From an uncultured virus (IMG/VR IMGVR_UViG_3300017754_003767) (Duplodnaviria; Heunggongvirae; Uroviricota; Caudoviricetes), in IMG/VR virus record IMGVR_UViG_3300017754_003767: DNA of 64,000 nucleotides. The stretch is one strand, 5' to 3'. A model generated the notes under the pieces. It searched no databases. It worked only from the letters and a program-made list of their open reading frames with translations, and had not been told where the DNA came from. Made by a program: the position numbers and the translations under genes. Positions 7,708 through 17,005 of the stretch are shown in pieces; positions within the stretch are counted from its first letter, which is position 1; each line of letters opens with the position of its first letter.

Positions 7708-7734
7708 GGTCAGTTTTACGTCATGACTAGGACG
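7708..7734 (-). promoter_or_regulatory. H-type pseudoknot leader motif, copy 1
   Basis: CGTC ct AGTCA t GACG taaaac TGACC. Confidence 0.6.
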
Positions 7735-7739
7735 ATTGA

Positions 7740-8066
7740 TCACTCTGGTTTTGTCAGCAGTTCCTTAACGGATTTGATTTCATCCATTAAATCCTGACGA
7801 GTAAAAACCGTGATGCCGTCATAAGAACGTTCCGCAATTTTCTCAGGATTTTCAGTCTTCTGGATCATGCGAGCATCATCGTTTGTATCATACGTAACAC
7901 TCTCGTACATCCGCCAGATCACATCATGGGGCCACCCATTGAGATCTACATTGTGCTCTTGTGCTACGCAAATAAGTGCACGCATTGTTTTAAAAAGAAA
8001 CCTGGCCTTGTCTTCAAAAATCTGAAGGTAACGATCTTCATCAAGGCCGTAAGTGTCAATCGACAT
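7740..8066 (-). CDS. Hypothetical protein
   Basis: ORF, start MSIDTYG. Confidence 0.6.
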   Translation of the reverse strand: MSIDTYGLDEDRYLQIFEDKARFLFKTMRALICVAQEHNVDLNGWPHDVIWRMYESVTYDTNDDARMIQKTENPEKIAERSYDGITVFTRQDLMDEIKSVKELLTKPE

Positions 8067-8247
8067 AGCAATCAAGTGCGTTGGTTAATGCTTCGATGAT
8101 AAAGGATTTTTGCCCTTCTTCACCAAGGCTGTTCCAGTACTCAAGTTCTGGATCCTCATCATCCCAGTGGATGCGTATAGTGCAACCACCATCTTCTTCA
8201 TCAATAACTTCTACTTCTAGCTTTTCAACCCACGTAAGAAAACTCAT
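8056..8247 (-). CDS. Small acidic hypothetical protein
   Basis: 63-aa ORF, coupled. Confidence 0.55.
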   Translation of the reverse strand: MSFLTWVEKLEVEVIDEEDGGCTIRIHWDDEDPELEYWNSLGEEGQKSFIIEALTNALDCYVD

Positions 8248-9191
8248 TTCTTTTTGATTGCAGATTGCAGTTGTGGCAGTGCTGTACCAGGGAATGGTAC
8301 GTATCCAGCTTCCATCATATTGAAGAACAAATCCCAGGCATGCGTCTGGTTAAACACCTCCTTAGGTTTGTAGGTACGCCAGTGGGTCAGTGGAGCCTGG
8401 GCACCAGACTTGGTATGCAGTAGTACAAACTTACCCTCGCTGATGTGGTCAACGGGAGGTGCATACCACCAGGCCACACACTTATCAGGTGTGCCACTGG
8501 GCAGTGCATTACGTACTTCAGTGCGTTTGCACAGAAGCTCACGGTACTTATGGAACCAAGTCAGGTGGATGCACCAGGGTTTAAATCCTTCAATCTCCTG
8601 TTGGAATAACGAAACATTAAGAAGCTGACGCTGAAAGGACCCACATGAGCAGTAAGGTTCAGGAGTGCTGGCCTGAATACCTGAGGCGTTTTCCTCCAGC
8701 TCAGACTCCAAGTCAATTGGCCGATTCGGGCTCCGAAGCCCATCCGGCGCAACCAAATGTCCCAGATCCGTCTGCTCATTCTGAAGGAGGGCGACGACTT
8801 TGGCGGGGTCTGATAGGTGTATAAATTTGTCGGCCCAGTGCTGTTGAAGTTTTGCATTAGCTGTCAGGTGCCCGAGTGCATGGGAATAGTTCCAACCTTT
8901 GAACATGACATAAGCATTGTTATGCCACACACTTGGCCCCCTGTAGCTGGGGCCAAGATAAGCAAAGAAATCTTTAAGGCGATGCGTGTACTGCTGGAAG
9001 GCAGACTTGATCAACTGCCGGTCATAAGCCTGCTCGCTACCATCGCGATGCACCACAATACAATGATCACCTCGCAGATAAATACCAGCGATTTCGGTGT
9101 CATCAAAATCCTGGTACGCACGCCTAATGTTGGTGCGTGTGTAGATCGCAGCTTGCGCCGCGTTGAGTTCCTGCTGAGTTTGGTTGGACAT
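8244..9191 (-). CDS. SWIM zinc-finger protein
   Basis: YCSCGSF...WCIH. Confidence 0.65.
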   Translation of the reverse strand: MSNQTQQELNAAQAAIYTRTNIRRAYQDFDDTEIAGIYLRGDHCIVVHRDGSEQAYDRQLIKSAFQQYTHRLKDFFAYLGPSYRGPSVWHNNAYVMFKGWNYSHALGHLTANAKLQQHWADKFIHLSDPAKVVALLQNEQTDLGHLVAPDGLRSPNRPIDLESELEENASGIQASTPEPYCSCGSFQRQLLNVSLFQQEIEGFKPWCIHLTWFHKYRELLCKRTEVRNALPSGTPDKCVAWWYAPPVDHISEGKFVLLHTKSGAQAPLTHWRTYKPKEVFNQTHAWDLFFNMMEAGYVPFPGTALPQLQSAIKKK

Positions 9192-9215
9192 GAGTTGAGT
9201 TTGAGTTGAGTTTGA

Positions 9216-9413
9216 TCAGACGTGCCAGGAGCTGTCGTCTTCCTGGATAGTAGCACGGCTCTTGGCATCCTGGTACGCCGCCCGCGATACACGGTACGTT
9301 CCGTAAGCAAGCGCAGCCCATGCCACAGGAGTGCCCACAAGAGCAAGGACACCCGCACCAAGTAGGCCAAAGGAACCTCCGACTTTTAGAACAGCTTTGT
9401 GCTCAGGCTTCAT
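9216..9413 (-). CDS. Small membrane protein
   Basis: Hydrophobic GGSFGLLGAGVLALVGTPVAWAALAY. Confidence 0.55.
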   Translation of the reverse strand: MKPEHKAVLKVGGSFGLLGAGVLALVGTPVAWAALAYGTYRVSRAAYQDAKSRATIQEDDSSWHV

Positions 9414-9494
9414 GGTGGTAATCCTTAATACAATCCATTGGTTTCAAATCAGTTTAAATGCAACAAGTAGAATGAACTTAAACAATTTAATCTC

Positions 9495-9728
9495 ATGTTG
9501 AAATTCGAATCATCTGCAGAGGATTTGTTTTGGCAAGAGAAGATGTTCAGAACAATAAATGAATGTACATCACTTAGTGAGTTAAAAGAAATTGCCGTGC
9601 TGTTAACAAAGATTGCAACAACACGGCAGATAGCTATCAAAGGTTTAGTTAATGATGCCCTTGATTTAATGCAGGAGAATTACTCAAGCAAGATCAAGGA
9701 CACCACTGATTCCATCAGGCAAGACTAA
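9495..9728 (+). CDS. Helical protein, weakly NblA-like
   Basis: Lone + strand ORF with TAGAAT/TACAAT boxes upstream; SAEDLFWQEKM...LKEIAVLL. Confidence 0.45.
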   Translation: MLKFESSAEDLFWQEKMFRTINECTSLSELKEIAVLLTKIATTRQIAIKGLVNDALDLMQENYSSKIKDTTDSIRQD

Positions 9729-10734
9729 TGTCTTCACCAGTGGTTTCATCACGAGCAGGCAGGGCTTTCACCTCTACTGCATCCATGGTACGAGACACAG
9801 GAAGAATCTCGACACCATCTTTGATGCCATAGGCACCACCCAACTTCTGTGCATCCTGTTTGGCATGGATGTTGATGTAATCATTGAACAGCTCCTGGTA
9901 CTTCCAAGTAGATTCACGATCTTCATCAGGAATCGACAGGCGATTCAATGATTCGACTGCTTCTTCTTGGGTGCTGTAACCAGGAATGTCAAAAGATTCA
10001 ATTGCACAGATCTCAACGTTGTTGGCTCCGCGCATCTCATTGGCAAGTACCGGAGTAAATACGGTAGTTGCATAGAACTTTTCATTGAAGCTCAGAGGTA
10101 CTTCAGCATCCAGCGCCTTGCTCAGGCACTTGGACATTTCCTTTTCATACAGCTTGACTTTCTCAGAAACGTCAGTACCGTTCAGTCCCTTCAAGGTCAG
10201 GACCATCGGGATCTTATGGGCACGCTTGTTGTCCTGAGTCAAGATGTACACCAGGTACTTTGTACGTACACTGTACTTACGCTTGTAGAGATTGCCTTTG
10301 CTGCCTTCCAGGTCAGCAGCAATCTTGTCAGCTTCCCACAGTTCCTTGACATCAGGGTTGTCAAAGGTACCAATCGTCTGCCTCATCCCCGTGGTTTCCT
10401 CAACCATGAGGGGAGAACGAAGAAGGATTTGAATTCGAGGCTCAACAAAATTGAGTCCTTCTTCCACTGAAGTGTTGGGAGCCATACCAAAAGTTTGCTT
10501 GTAGTTCCAGATAACTGAACCTTTAGCAAACTGATCTTCAGTGGCACTCCATCCGCAAGTGTCCAGGTCTGAGTTCCGCACGAACCAACCTCGAGTCTTG
10601 GACTTGTTGAGGGGCTGGATAGTGACGAGGTTCTGGTACCCCGAAACAAATTCTTTAGATTGAAAAAGTTTGAAGGAATCGAGTCCACGTGTTGCAAGCG
10701 CAGAAGTTTTCTTAGTAGTCATGGAAGCGGTCAT
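9715..10734 (-). CDS. DUF5895-like protein (possible ssDNA-binding or annealing role)
   Basis: 339 aa; PRIQILLRSPL...RTKYLVYIL..DNK..H.IP..LT.KG pattern; sits in the SSB/polymerase cluster. Confidence 0.5.
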   Translation of the reverse strand: MTASMTTKKTSALATRGLDSFKLFQSKEFVSGYQNLVTIQPLNKSKTRGWFVRNSDLDTCGWSATEDQFAKGSVIWNYKQTFGMAPNTSVEEGLNFVEPRIQILLRSPLMVEETTGMRQTIGTFDNPDVKELWEADKIAADLEGSKGNLYKRKYSVRTKYLVYILTQDNKRAHKIPMVLTLKGLNGTDVSEKVKLYEKEMSKCLSKALDAEVPLSFNEKFYATTVFTPVLANEMRGANNVEICAIESFDIPGYSTQEEAVESLNRLSIPDEDRESTWKYQELFNDYINIHAKQDAQKLGGAYGIKDGVEILPVSRTMDAVEVKALPARDETTGEDISLA

Positions 10735-10756
10735 GGTTTGTTCAGGGTTTGGACGT

Positions 10757-10783
10757 GGACGCTTTTAACGCCATCCCGAGGCG
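10757..10783 (-). promoter_or_regulatory. H-type pseudoknot leader motif, degenerate copy 2
   Basis: CGCC tc GGGA t GGCG ttaaaagcg TCC. Confidence 0.4.
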
Positions 10784-10788
10784 GTGAC

Positions 10789-11028
10789 CTATACTAGGTC
10801 CTTGCAAGCATCCTTGTCATAAAGCGCAGCCGCCTTTGACAAAGCTTCACGTTCATCCAAGGATTCCTGGAGCGCAGCGTAAACACTGTCTTCGTTGTAC
10901 CCGCAGCCCTTCATAAACATGATGAAGTGCTCAAGGATTTCATCAGTAGTAACACCGGCGCTTTGGAATACGACAGTGTAATCTTCTTCCTCAAGAGTAA
11001 ACTTCATGCGTTGATCTGGTTTAGTCAT
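10789..11028 (-). CDS. Hypothetical protein
   Basis: DEILEHFIMFMKGCGY, a common small phage family pattern. Confidence 0.6.
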   Translation of the reverse strand: MTKPDQRMKFTLEEEDYTVVFQSAGVTTDEILEHFIMFMKGCGYNEDSVYAALQESLDEREALSKAAALYDKDACKDLV

Positions 11029-11033
11029 GGTAA

Positions 11034-11843
11034 TCAAAAGGGAACTTCTTCAAGGTCAGGTGCAGAACCATACTGACCGGGGAGATCAGGCAGCCCACCA
11101 CCAGAGCTTTGCGTCCAGGGGTCAGAGCCTTCTTCAGCGGTACGGCCACCCCACAGACTAGTGACATTCTCACCAGAAGCAACAGTTGTCTGCGGTGCAA
11201 TTGGCTTCACTTCCCCTTGACCCTTAGGTGCCAGGGTCATGGACACCAGCTGGATCTTGGTGTTAGAGCGCTTCTCACCCGTGTTGGCATCCTTCCACGC
11301 ATCAGTGATCAAACGACCCTGGATCGTAAGGCCAGTTCCTTTACGTGTGAAGTTAACCAGTAGTTCTGCATTGTTCAACTTATCTTCTGCCGAGTTCATG
11401 GCAAAGAAGTTAAACAGATCTGCCTGATTCCTTCCTGTGTTAACAGAAAGAGTTTGGTTGCAGATCATCAAGCCATCGGCAGTTGTCTTGAAGGCTCGTG
11501 CATCTTCTTGATCAATGTCCTTGACGCAGCGACCGCTGAGGATAACTGTGTTGAAGATCGGGAACTGATCGTTAGCCGGAGCAATAATTCCTCCATGTAA
11601 CGAAAACGTTCTGGACTCAAGGTCGAAACGTAGCTTGGCGCCGTGAATGTAGATCTGTGCCCCCTTGGGTACTCGGGAAAAACGCTCGGCATTCTTACCG
11701 TACACATTGAGTTCAATTGGCGTTGGAGCTTTCTTGCCTACGGGAGGCAGCATTACCATGCAACGCATGGCTGTAGAACTTGCGCTGATGAATACCTCGC
11801 GAGGTACTTCGGTGGTCTGAGCGCAAACAGAAACAAAGTTCAT
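11034..11843 (-). CDS. ssb: Single-stranded DNA-binding protein with two OB folds
   Basis: NTVILSGR...KGTGLTIQGRL..DAWKD..TGEKRS; acidic C-terminus EEVPF. Confidence 0.85.
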   Translation of the reverse strand: MNFVSVCAQTTEVPREVFISASSTAMRCMVMLPPVGKKAPTPIELNVYGKNAERFSRVPKGAQIYIHGAKLRFDLESRTFSLHGGIIAPANDQFPIFNTVILSGRCVKDIDQEDARAFKTTADGLMICNQTLSVNTGRNQADLFNFFAMNSAEDKLNNAELLVNFTRKGTGLTIQGRLITDAWKDANTGEKRSNTKIQLVSMTLAPKGQGEVKPIAPQTTVASGENVTSLWGGRTAEEGSDPWTQSSGGGLPDLPGQYGSAPDLEEVPF

Positions 11844-11865
11844 GTGTTCGAGAAGTTAGTTGTTA

Positions 11866-11892
11866 AGGCAGTTTAACGTCTTACCTGGGACG
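11866..11892 (-). promoter_or_regulatory. H-type pseudoknot leader motif, copy 3 (upstream of ssb)
   Basis: CGTC cc AGGTA a GACG ttaaac TGCCT. Confidence 0.65.
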
Positions 11893-11898
11893 AGCAAA

Positions 11899-13764
11899 CT
11901 AGTGGGTGTCTGCCCAGGTGCAGCCCACCTTAGCATCACCTTCTATAGGACAGCGGAATCCAAAGAATTGTTGCGCTTGCGGGAACGCAGCCAATGCTTG
12001 TTCCTTGATTAGCTCAGTGTGCCGTGGGTCACATGCAACTTGAATCTCATCGTGGACAAATAAGAGTTGCTCCCAATCCTTGCCATGTACCAAGCCAAGG
12101 TTTTGTTCAATGTTGTTGTGTGTGGTGACAACAACTTGTTTCATGATTGCTGCACCACTTGCTTGCAACAAAACATTCAATCCTTTAAAAGCGGAACGAC
12201 AATGTAACGTCCGACGATCAAGGCCGATAAGATAACCGCGTAAGCCAATGGTTTCATCAATAAGTTGTTTGAGTTTCCGGAGTGCAGGCACCCCGTCCAT
12301 GAATGAGTTAATTGCAGTAGCTCCTAGTTTCCTAAGAACTACTTCATCTTTTTCATTCGGATCAATAATGGTACCAGCTTTTAACGCACCGGCACCATAC
12401 AAGACTCCATAAAGTAAACGCTTTGCAATGTCCCTGGTTTCTACACCAAACATCTTTTGGTTATAGATGTGGATGTCAATCTCAGGGTTAGTAACCATTG
12501 CTGCGTATTCACCATCATCCCAAATGGCTAGATACCCGGCAAGACACCTAAGCTCCAAAGCTTTAGCATCGATCCCAATAAGATCCCAATTATCAGGAGC
12601 ATGGAATAGCGAGCGACATTCATGACCATAAGGTGAATAACCTGCTGGCACTTGAGCCATGTTGGGATTACGGTGGCTTGCACGTCCCGTAATACATCCA
12701 TTGGTAATGAGATCACCGTGCATACGGCCATCTTCATTATTCACAAGCTTTAGCCAAGCATTGTTACCATCAGCAATCTGACCAAGACGTTTCTTGACTA
12801 ACATATATTCAGCCAATGGCCTGGCTTCCGGGTACGGCAAGGCATCGAGTACATCATCATCAAGAACTGGATTACCCTTCTCAGTATTCTTCTCTGGTAC
12901 CCAACCGTACTTTTGTTGTAGACGTTCAACAATTTGCGTACGAGATCCAGGATTAAATTCCTGATACGTGACTTTAGTAAACGGCTGGCCCTTGACATAA
13001 CCACGTTTCGAGTTGTTTACCTTTGGGACAAAGATTGATTCAATCTTGTTAGGTGGAAAGATCTCTTTTAGGTGTGCCTCAAGTTCTGCTTCCTTTGCTC
13101 TGAGACTATCCACCAGATCAAGACATGCATCCACATCAAAAGGAATGCCTGCTCTAATTTGTTTTTCAATTGCCAAGGCAAGATCATGCTCAAGCTTGAG
13201 CGCAGGCTGCGGGTAGTTTTCTTTTGTGATGTGCTGCCAAAGCTTCTTAGTAACAGCAACGTCCTGCTGACAGTATGCCAACATTTCTTCACTGTATTCA
13301 CTGAAGTCTTTGAAGTCGATCTTGTGATCGGCCAACCTCCATCCCCATGCCTTGAGAGATGCAGAACCCTTAAGTCCCTTTGGAACCTGCGTATATTGTT
13401 CATCGTCAAGGGTGTAGAGAATTTCTTTGGGCCAGATGAGTCTGGTACAGATGAGTGTGTCAATGATTCTTCCGTTGAGTTGAACAGATGGATGCAGTTT
13501 GTTTAGGACAGGGCAGTCGTAAAAAAGGATATTGTGCCCTATTAGAACATCAGCGGTTGCCAGATGAGCAAGAGCATCAGCAATGCGATCAGGCCCATAA
13601 CTAAAAGTTTGTTGGAGTCCAATGTCATGAATGACAATGCAATGGATTACCGTCACATTATCGTAGAGACCATCGGACTCCAGGTCAAAGATTAACCAAT
13701 GTTCACCGCTGGAACCTGGCAACATCTTGAATCGAGAGTTCTTCACCGTTGATGCTGTCGTCAT
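11899..13764 (-). CDS. polA: Family A (T7-like) DNA polymerase with 3'-5' exonuclease; alternative start at 13725
   Basis: ExoI FDLES, ExoII GHNILFYD, ExoIII YCQQD, TGRASH..PN.AQ, motif A DAKALELR, motif B R..AK...YG..YGAG, motif C VHDE. Confidence 0.95.
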   Translation of the reverse strand: MTTASTVKNSRFKMLPGSSGEHWLIFDLESDGLYDNVTVIHCIVIHDIGLQQTFSYGPDRIADALAHLATADVLIGHNILFYDCPVLNKLHPSVQLNGRIIDTLICTRLIWPKEILYTLDDEQYTQVPKGLKGSASLKAWGWRLADHKIDFKDFSEYSEEMLAYCQQDVAVTKKLWQHITKENYPQPALKLEHDLALAIEKQIRAGIPFDVDACLDLVDSLRAKEAELEAHLKEIFPPNKIESIFVPKVNNSKRGYVKGQPFTKVTYQEFNPGSRTQIVERLQQKYGWVPEKNTEKGNPVLDDDVLDALPYPEARPLAEYMLVKKRLGQIADGNNAWLKLVNNEDGRMHGDLITNGCITGRASHRNPNMAQVPAGYSPYGHECRSLFHAPDNWDLIGIDAKALELRCLAGYLAIWDDGEYAAMVTNPEIDIHIYNQKMFGVETRDIAKRLLYGVLYGAGALKAGTIIDPNEKDEVVLRKLGATAINSFMDGVPALRKLKQLIDETIGLRGYLIGLDRRTLHCRSAFKGLNVLLQASGAAIMKQVVVTTHNNIEQNLGLVHGKDWEQLLFVHDEIQVACDPRHTELIKEQALAAFPQAQQFFGFRCPIEGDAKVGCTWADTH

Positions 13765-13936
13765 TCTCTTTGATCCAACTCAAGATTTTCTGTGCACCCG
13801 AGCGGTACGGATGACTGAAGACCTTGGATAATGCAGAGTCTGAGTCTAGCGGAATCAGTTCAAACTTATTAGAAGAACTGGAGGCAGTTACACCGTAAGG
13901 TTTGTTCCACCTCCAGCAGGCCAGCATGTAAGACAT
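13703..13936 (-). CDS. Hypothetical protein
   Basis: 77-aa ORF. Confidence 0.55.
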   Translation of the reverse strand: MSYMLACWRWNKPYGVTASSSSNKFELIPLDSDSALSKVFSHPYRSGAQKILSWIKENDDSINGEELSIQDVARFQR

Positions 13937-13971
13937 CTGTCAATCAAGAAGACTGACAGATGTTACCTCAT

Positions 13972-14760
13972 CTATTTAGCAGCGCAAGGTTCTACAGATT
14001 CTTTTTGGAATGTCTTGCCATATCCGACAAAGCCCCCAGTCTTCTTGCGTTGTGTGACAGCTTGCATGGCATCAGATCCAGCACGCTGGCTCCCATGCAC
14101 TAGGAGTGCAAACGGTTTGTCACCAAGGCAGTGACTGTCATCATGATCAATTTCGAGTCCACGTGCAGCCGCTTGCTCTTCTGTGTACACAACGTAGGCC
14201 ACCCGCTGGAACACATCGGGATACTTGGGGATCAAGTAATCGAGTGTCCCACCGCAAGATGCGGTGAGATAGAAGTTGGATGGGATCTGATCACGCAAGT
14301 TGTACCACATACCAAGGGACTTGGTGTATGCATAGAACTTTTGCTTGGGTCGCTGAGCAGCAACCATCAGCCAAGCCCGCATGTAGTTCTCAGTCCAAAA
14401 GTCACCAGACTCATGGACACGCACCAGTTCCTTGGGTGCTTGCATACTGAGTGACAGATCGATCAAATCACGCAGCAACACAGCCTGGTTCCCATTGCGA
14501 TGCATGGTCTCGCGGATAAGATCCCAGTTGTGCCAGCGTGCCGCACGAACGGTAGGCCGTACTTCTGCCATGGCAGCAAAGCAGCGAAACTCATCTGCTT
14601 CTGTGCCCGTGTACTGAGGCAGATCAGTGATGAGTCCGGTGACCCGGTCAGCAAATGTCTTGCACACACCAGCGTCTGGGCATGAATGACCTGCTGGCAA
14701 CGAGAAGATCAAACGGTTCTTGAGCTTGCCGTTGCCGTTGGAAAATTTGAGGAGTTGCAT
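13972..14760 (-). CDS. GP88-like (radical-SAM-like fold) protein
   Basis: GNGKL..FSLPAGHSCP..C...CFA...VRVHESGDF...FYAYTKS. Confidence 0.7.
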   Translation of the reverse strand: MQLLKFSNGNGKLKNRLIFSLPAGHSCPDAGVCKTFADRVTGLITDLPQYTGTEADEFRCFAAMAEVRPTVRAARWHNWDLIRETMHRNGNQAVLLRDLIDLSLSMQAPKELVRVHESGDFWTENYMRAWLMVAAQRPKQKFYAYTKSLGMWYNLRDQIPSNFYLTASCGGTLDYLIPKYPDVFQRVAYVVYTEEQAAARGLEIDHDDSHCLGDKPFALLVHGSQRAGSDAMQAVTQRKKTGGFVGYGKTFQKESVEPCAAK

Positions 14761-14797
14761 TGGTGTTGAATGTGATTGATAAGCTGAGCTAATGAAT

Positions 14798-14820
14798 GAG
14801 TTTAGGGACATCTCAGGTCC
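14798..14820 (-). promoter_or_regulatory. H-type pseudoknot leader motif, shortened copy 4
   Basis: GGAC ct GAG at GTCC ctaaa CTC. Confidence 0.5.
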
Positions 14821-14862
14821 ATTGAATCTTACCAGATCCCCTGCGGTGCAAGGGTTTTGGTG

Positions 14863-15099
14863 CTACGATTCGTTCGTAGTTTTTTTGGAGTCACTAGGCA
14901 TTCCGTCGCCGGTGGACGGCGGGTAGGTCAGTACGCGAGAGTACTCACCATCCACCACCTCACTCATTAAATCATCTGGAACAAACTCCAAGGCGTTGCG
15001 GATGTACAGCATTGCATGTACGTACTCCCGTGTATCTAAACCGCCAAGAGCAAGTGCTTCCCATGATTCAATAGCTATTTGTTTAACGGAATAATTCAC
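14863..15099 (-). CDS. Hypothetical protein
   Basis: 78-aa ORF, GTG start. Confidence 0.5.
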   Translation of the reverse strand: MNYSVKQIAIESWEALALGGLDTREYVHAMLYIRNALEFVPDDLMSEVVDGEYSRVLTYPPSTGDGMPSDSKKTTNES

Positions 15100-15221
15100 G
15101 GTTAATATGTATATGGGGCAAAGAAGAGCAGCGTCAGCCCCGAGGGAATCAGGATTTCTGCTGCTTCTCCTGGTTTTAAAGCGAATGACCTTGCGGCTTG
15201 ATCACCGTGAGGTCACACCCT

Positions 15222-15728
15222 CTAGCCATTAGGCTCAAATTCTTTTTTAAGTTTTTCATACTGTCGGCGTTTGCGCTCTTCCGCTTTAATTTTTTTCATA
15301 CGGTCCCTTTCTTCTTGTTCTAAACGAGCTTTGCATTCTGCATCAGTCTCATAACGTGTTCTGTATAAACAAGGATATTCATTGTAATAATCACGTTTAA
15401 TTTCAATACCTTCCCATCCTTCTTCAATTAATTCCTCTATGTACTCCATGTATTCTTTCAAGGTTTGATCATACCCTGGCACAAAAGTCCCACAGTCATA
15501 CTCGCGGATTAATTGCTTTGGTAATTGATACGGTGGCATTAAATTACCATCCTCATCAATGATTCCTGCGTTCATAAGAAACTGCCTAGCTTTTTCTGGT
15601 TCTTTGTACTCTTCAATCAGTTTGTCAATTTGCTGAGAATACAGCTTCTCCGATGATAGGGAACTGTTCACAGAAGATGTCTTTGATTTGTTCTGCAATT
15701 TGTCGGTGTTCAAGTTGGGTTGATTCAT
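15222..15728 (-). CDS. Hypothetical protein (start uncertain)
   Basis: AT-rich; C-terminal ERKRRQYEKLKKEFE coiled coil. Confidence 0.55.
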   Translation of the reverse strand: MNQPNLNTDKLQNKSKTSSVNSSLSSEKLYSQQIDKLIEEYKEPEKARQFLMNAGIIDEDGNLMPPYQLPKQLIREYDCGTFVPGYDQTLKEYMEYIEELIEEGWEGIEIKRDYYNEYPCLYRTRYETDAECKARLEQEERDRMKKIKAEERKRRQYEKLKKEFEPNG

Positions 15729-16266
15729 GGCATCGGACCTGTAGATAATGAATGTAAGACCTGATGGTGCCGTTCATATACATCCTAGTTTGTGTTGCAA
15801 TGGGCAGCACTGAGCGTGCGCATTCTTTGGCAACACCTGCACTGACCATCTCCCTGTATAGATGCTCGGCATCCTCAAATAGCTGGCCAATGCGACGGTA
15901 GTAACCACCAAGAGTATCAGGTGACAAATCATCGATACTGTTTTGACGGTTCTTAAGGTCTTGCCTACGCAAGTGTGGAATCTCTGAGGATCCCAATGCA
16001 TTTACGTCTGCATACCGCTGACTAAATTCCTGGAAGCTGAAGGACCGATGCCTAAGAATCTGTGCTGAAATACCACGAGTTGTTTCGATTTCAACACACA
16101 TGTTTGCCATTTCAAACGGTGAGACATGTTTGTGTTTCAACAGATAACGCAACAACCGTGGTGCTGTATCCATATTGTCTTGGTTGGCGGGCGCACTTAC
16201 GCGTGCCATCTTCACAATCAATGATTCAGCATCAGGTGTAGCCCAGATTAATTTAACATTAGACAT
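15625..16266 (-). CDS. thyX: FAD-dependent thymidylate synthase
   Basis: HVSPFE; QILRHRSFSFQEFSQRY ThyX motif; KECARSVLP. Confidence 0.95.
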   Translation of the reverse strand: MSNVKLIWATPDAESLIVKMARVSAPANQDNMDTAPRLLRYLLKHKHVSPFEMANMCVEIETTRGISAQILRHRSFSFQEFSQRYADVNALGSSEIPHLRRQDLKNRQNSIDDLSPDTLGGYYRRIGQLFEDAEHLYREMVSAGVAKECARSVLPIATQTRMYMNGTIRSYIHYLQVRCHESTQLEHRQIAEQIKDIFCEQFPIIGEAVFSAN

Positions 16267-16540
16267 TGGATTCTTCTGGTAGTTCATTGATTAAAGCATA
16301 GTCACCAATGATTGCAAGCGCTGCCTTGTTATAGGCACGTGCTGCGTCTAGTTCATTTTCATAGTTGCCAAGGTAATAACGTTTACCTTTGAAGGTCAAC
16401 ACGGCACGATACATGCCTTTGTTGCCTTTACTTACGCCACGGTATTTGCTAAACGCATTAGCTGGCCGTGGCCTTGATGCCTGGGACAGATAGAAGTCTT
16501 TATCAGACATCTTCCTGGTGAGGTAACTGACTTTAGCCAT
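16259..16540 (-). CDS. Stand-alone AP2-domain DNA-binding protein
   Basis: SKYRGVS...YRAVL..KGKRYYLGNY..E.DAARAYNKAAL...G.YA..N. Confidence 0.8.
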   Translation of the reverse strand: MAKVSYLTRKMSDKDFYLSQASRPRPANAFSKYRGVSKGNKGMYRAVLTFKGKRYYLGNYENELDAARAYNKAALAIIGDYALINELPEESNV

Positions 16541-16549
16541 GGGTGTTTT

Positions 16550-16678
16550 TTAGTTCAGCGGCTGGATGTTTTCTAGTTCAGCGGCGATGGCGAGAAACCA
16601 CTGAGGCCCTTCACGGTTTCCTTCTTCGGAGTAGATCTCAACGGCAGCGCGGAGGGCGGCGGGAGAGAGGTCAGTCAT
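16550..16678 (-). CDS. Short hypothetical protein (42 aa), possibly internally deleted
   Basis: MTDLSPAALRAAVEIY...FLAIAAELENIQPLN*. Confidence 0.5.
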   Translation of the reverse strand: MTDLSPAALRAAVEIYSEEGNREGPQWFLAIAAELENIQPLN

Positions 16679-17003
16679 CGAGGGCCTCTAGGGCGCGGCG
16701 GATGGTGTCAGTGATCTCAGGGATGTAGTGGCCATCGCGCTCAATCGTCCCCAGCATCTGCATCGCAATACTGTTCAAGCTCTGCGGCTTGGGACGGCGG
16801 GCAAAACGAAGCGAATGACCGCACTCTGCGTAATCTTCCACCCACTCACAACATGCCTCCAGCTCCTGGTCGGCGCCCCATTGGGCCGCGCGGTGGGCGA
16901 TGAACAACTCGTATGCCCAGTTTTCGTCGTTGCTTTGAATAGGGCTAGCAGCTGACCACTGCTGCACAAGCTCCGGCGGTGGGGTGATGGGGTGGTTAGT
17001 CAT
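16671..17003 (-). CDS. Hypothetical cyanophage protein (HPITPPPELVQQW family)
   Basis: AAQWGADQELEACCEW...ARRPKP...DTIRRALEAL; GC-rich. Confidence 0.7.
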   Translation of the reverse strand: MTNHPITPPPELVQQWSAASPIQSNDENWAYELFIAHRAAQWGADQELEACCEWVEDYAECGHSLRFARRPKPQSLNSIAMQMLGTIERDGHYIPEITDTIRRALEALDD

Positions 17004-17005
17004 TG

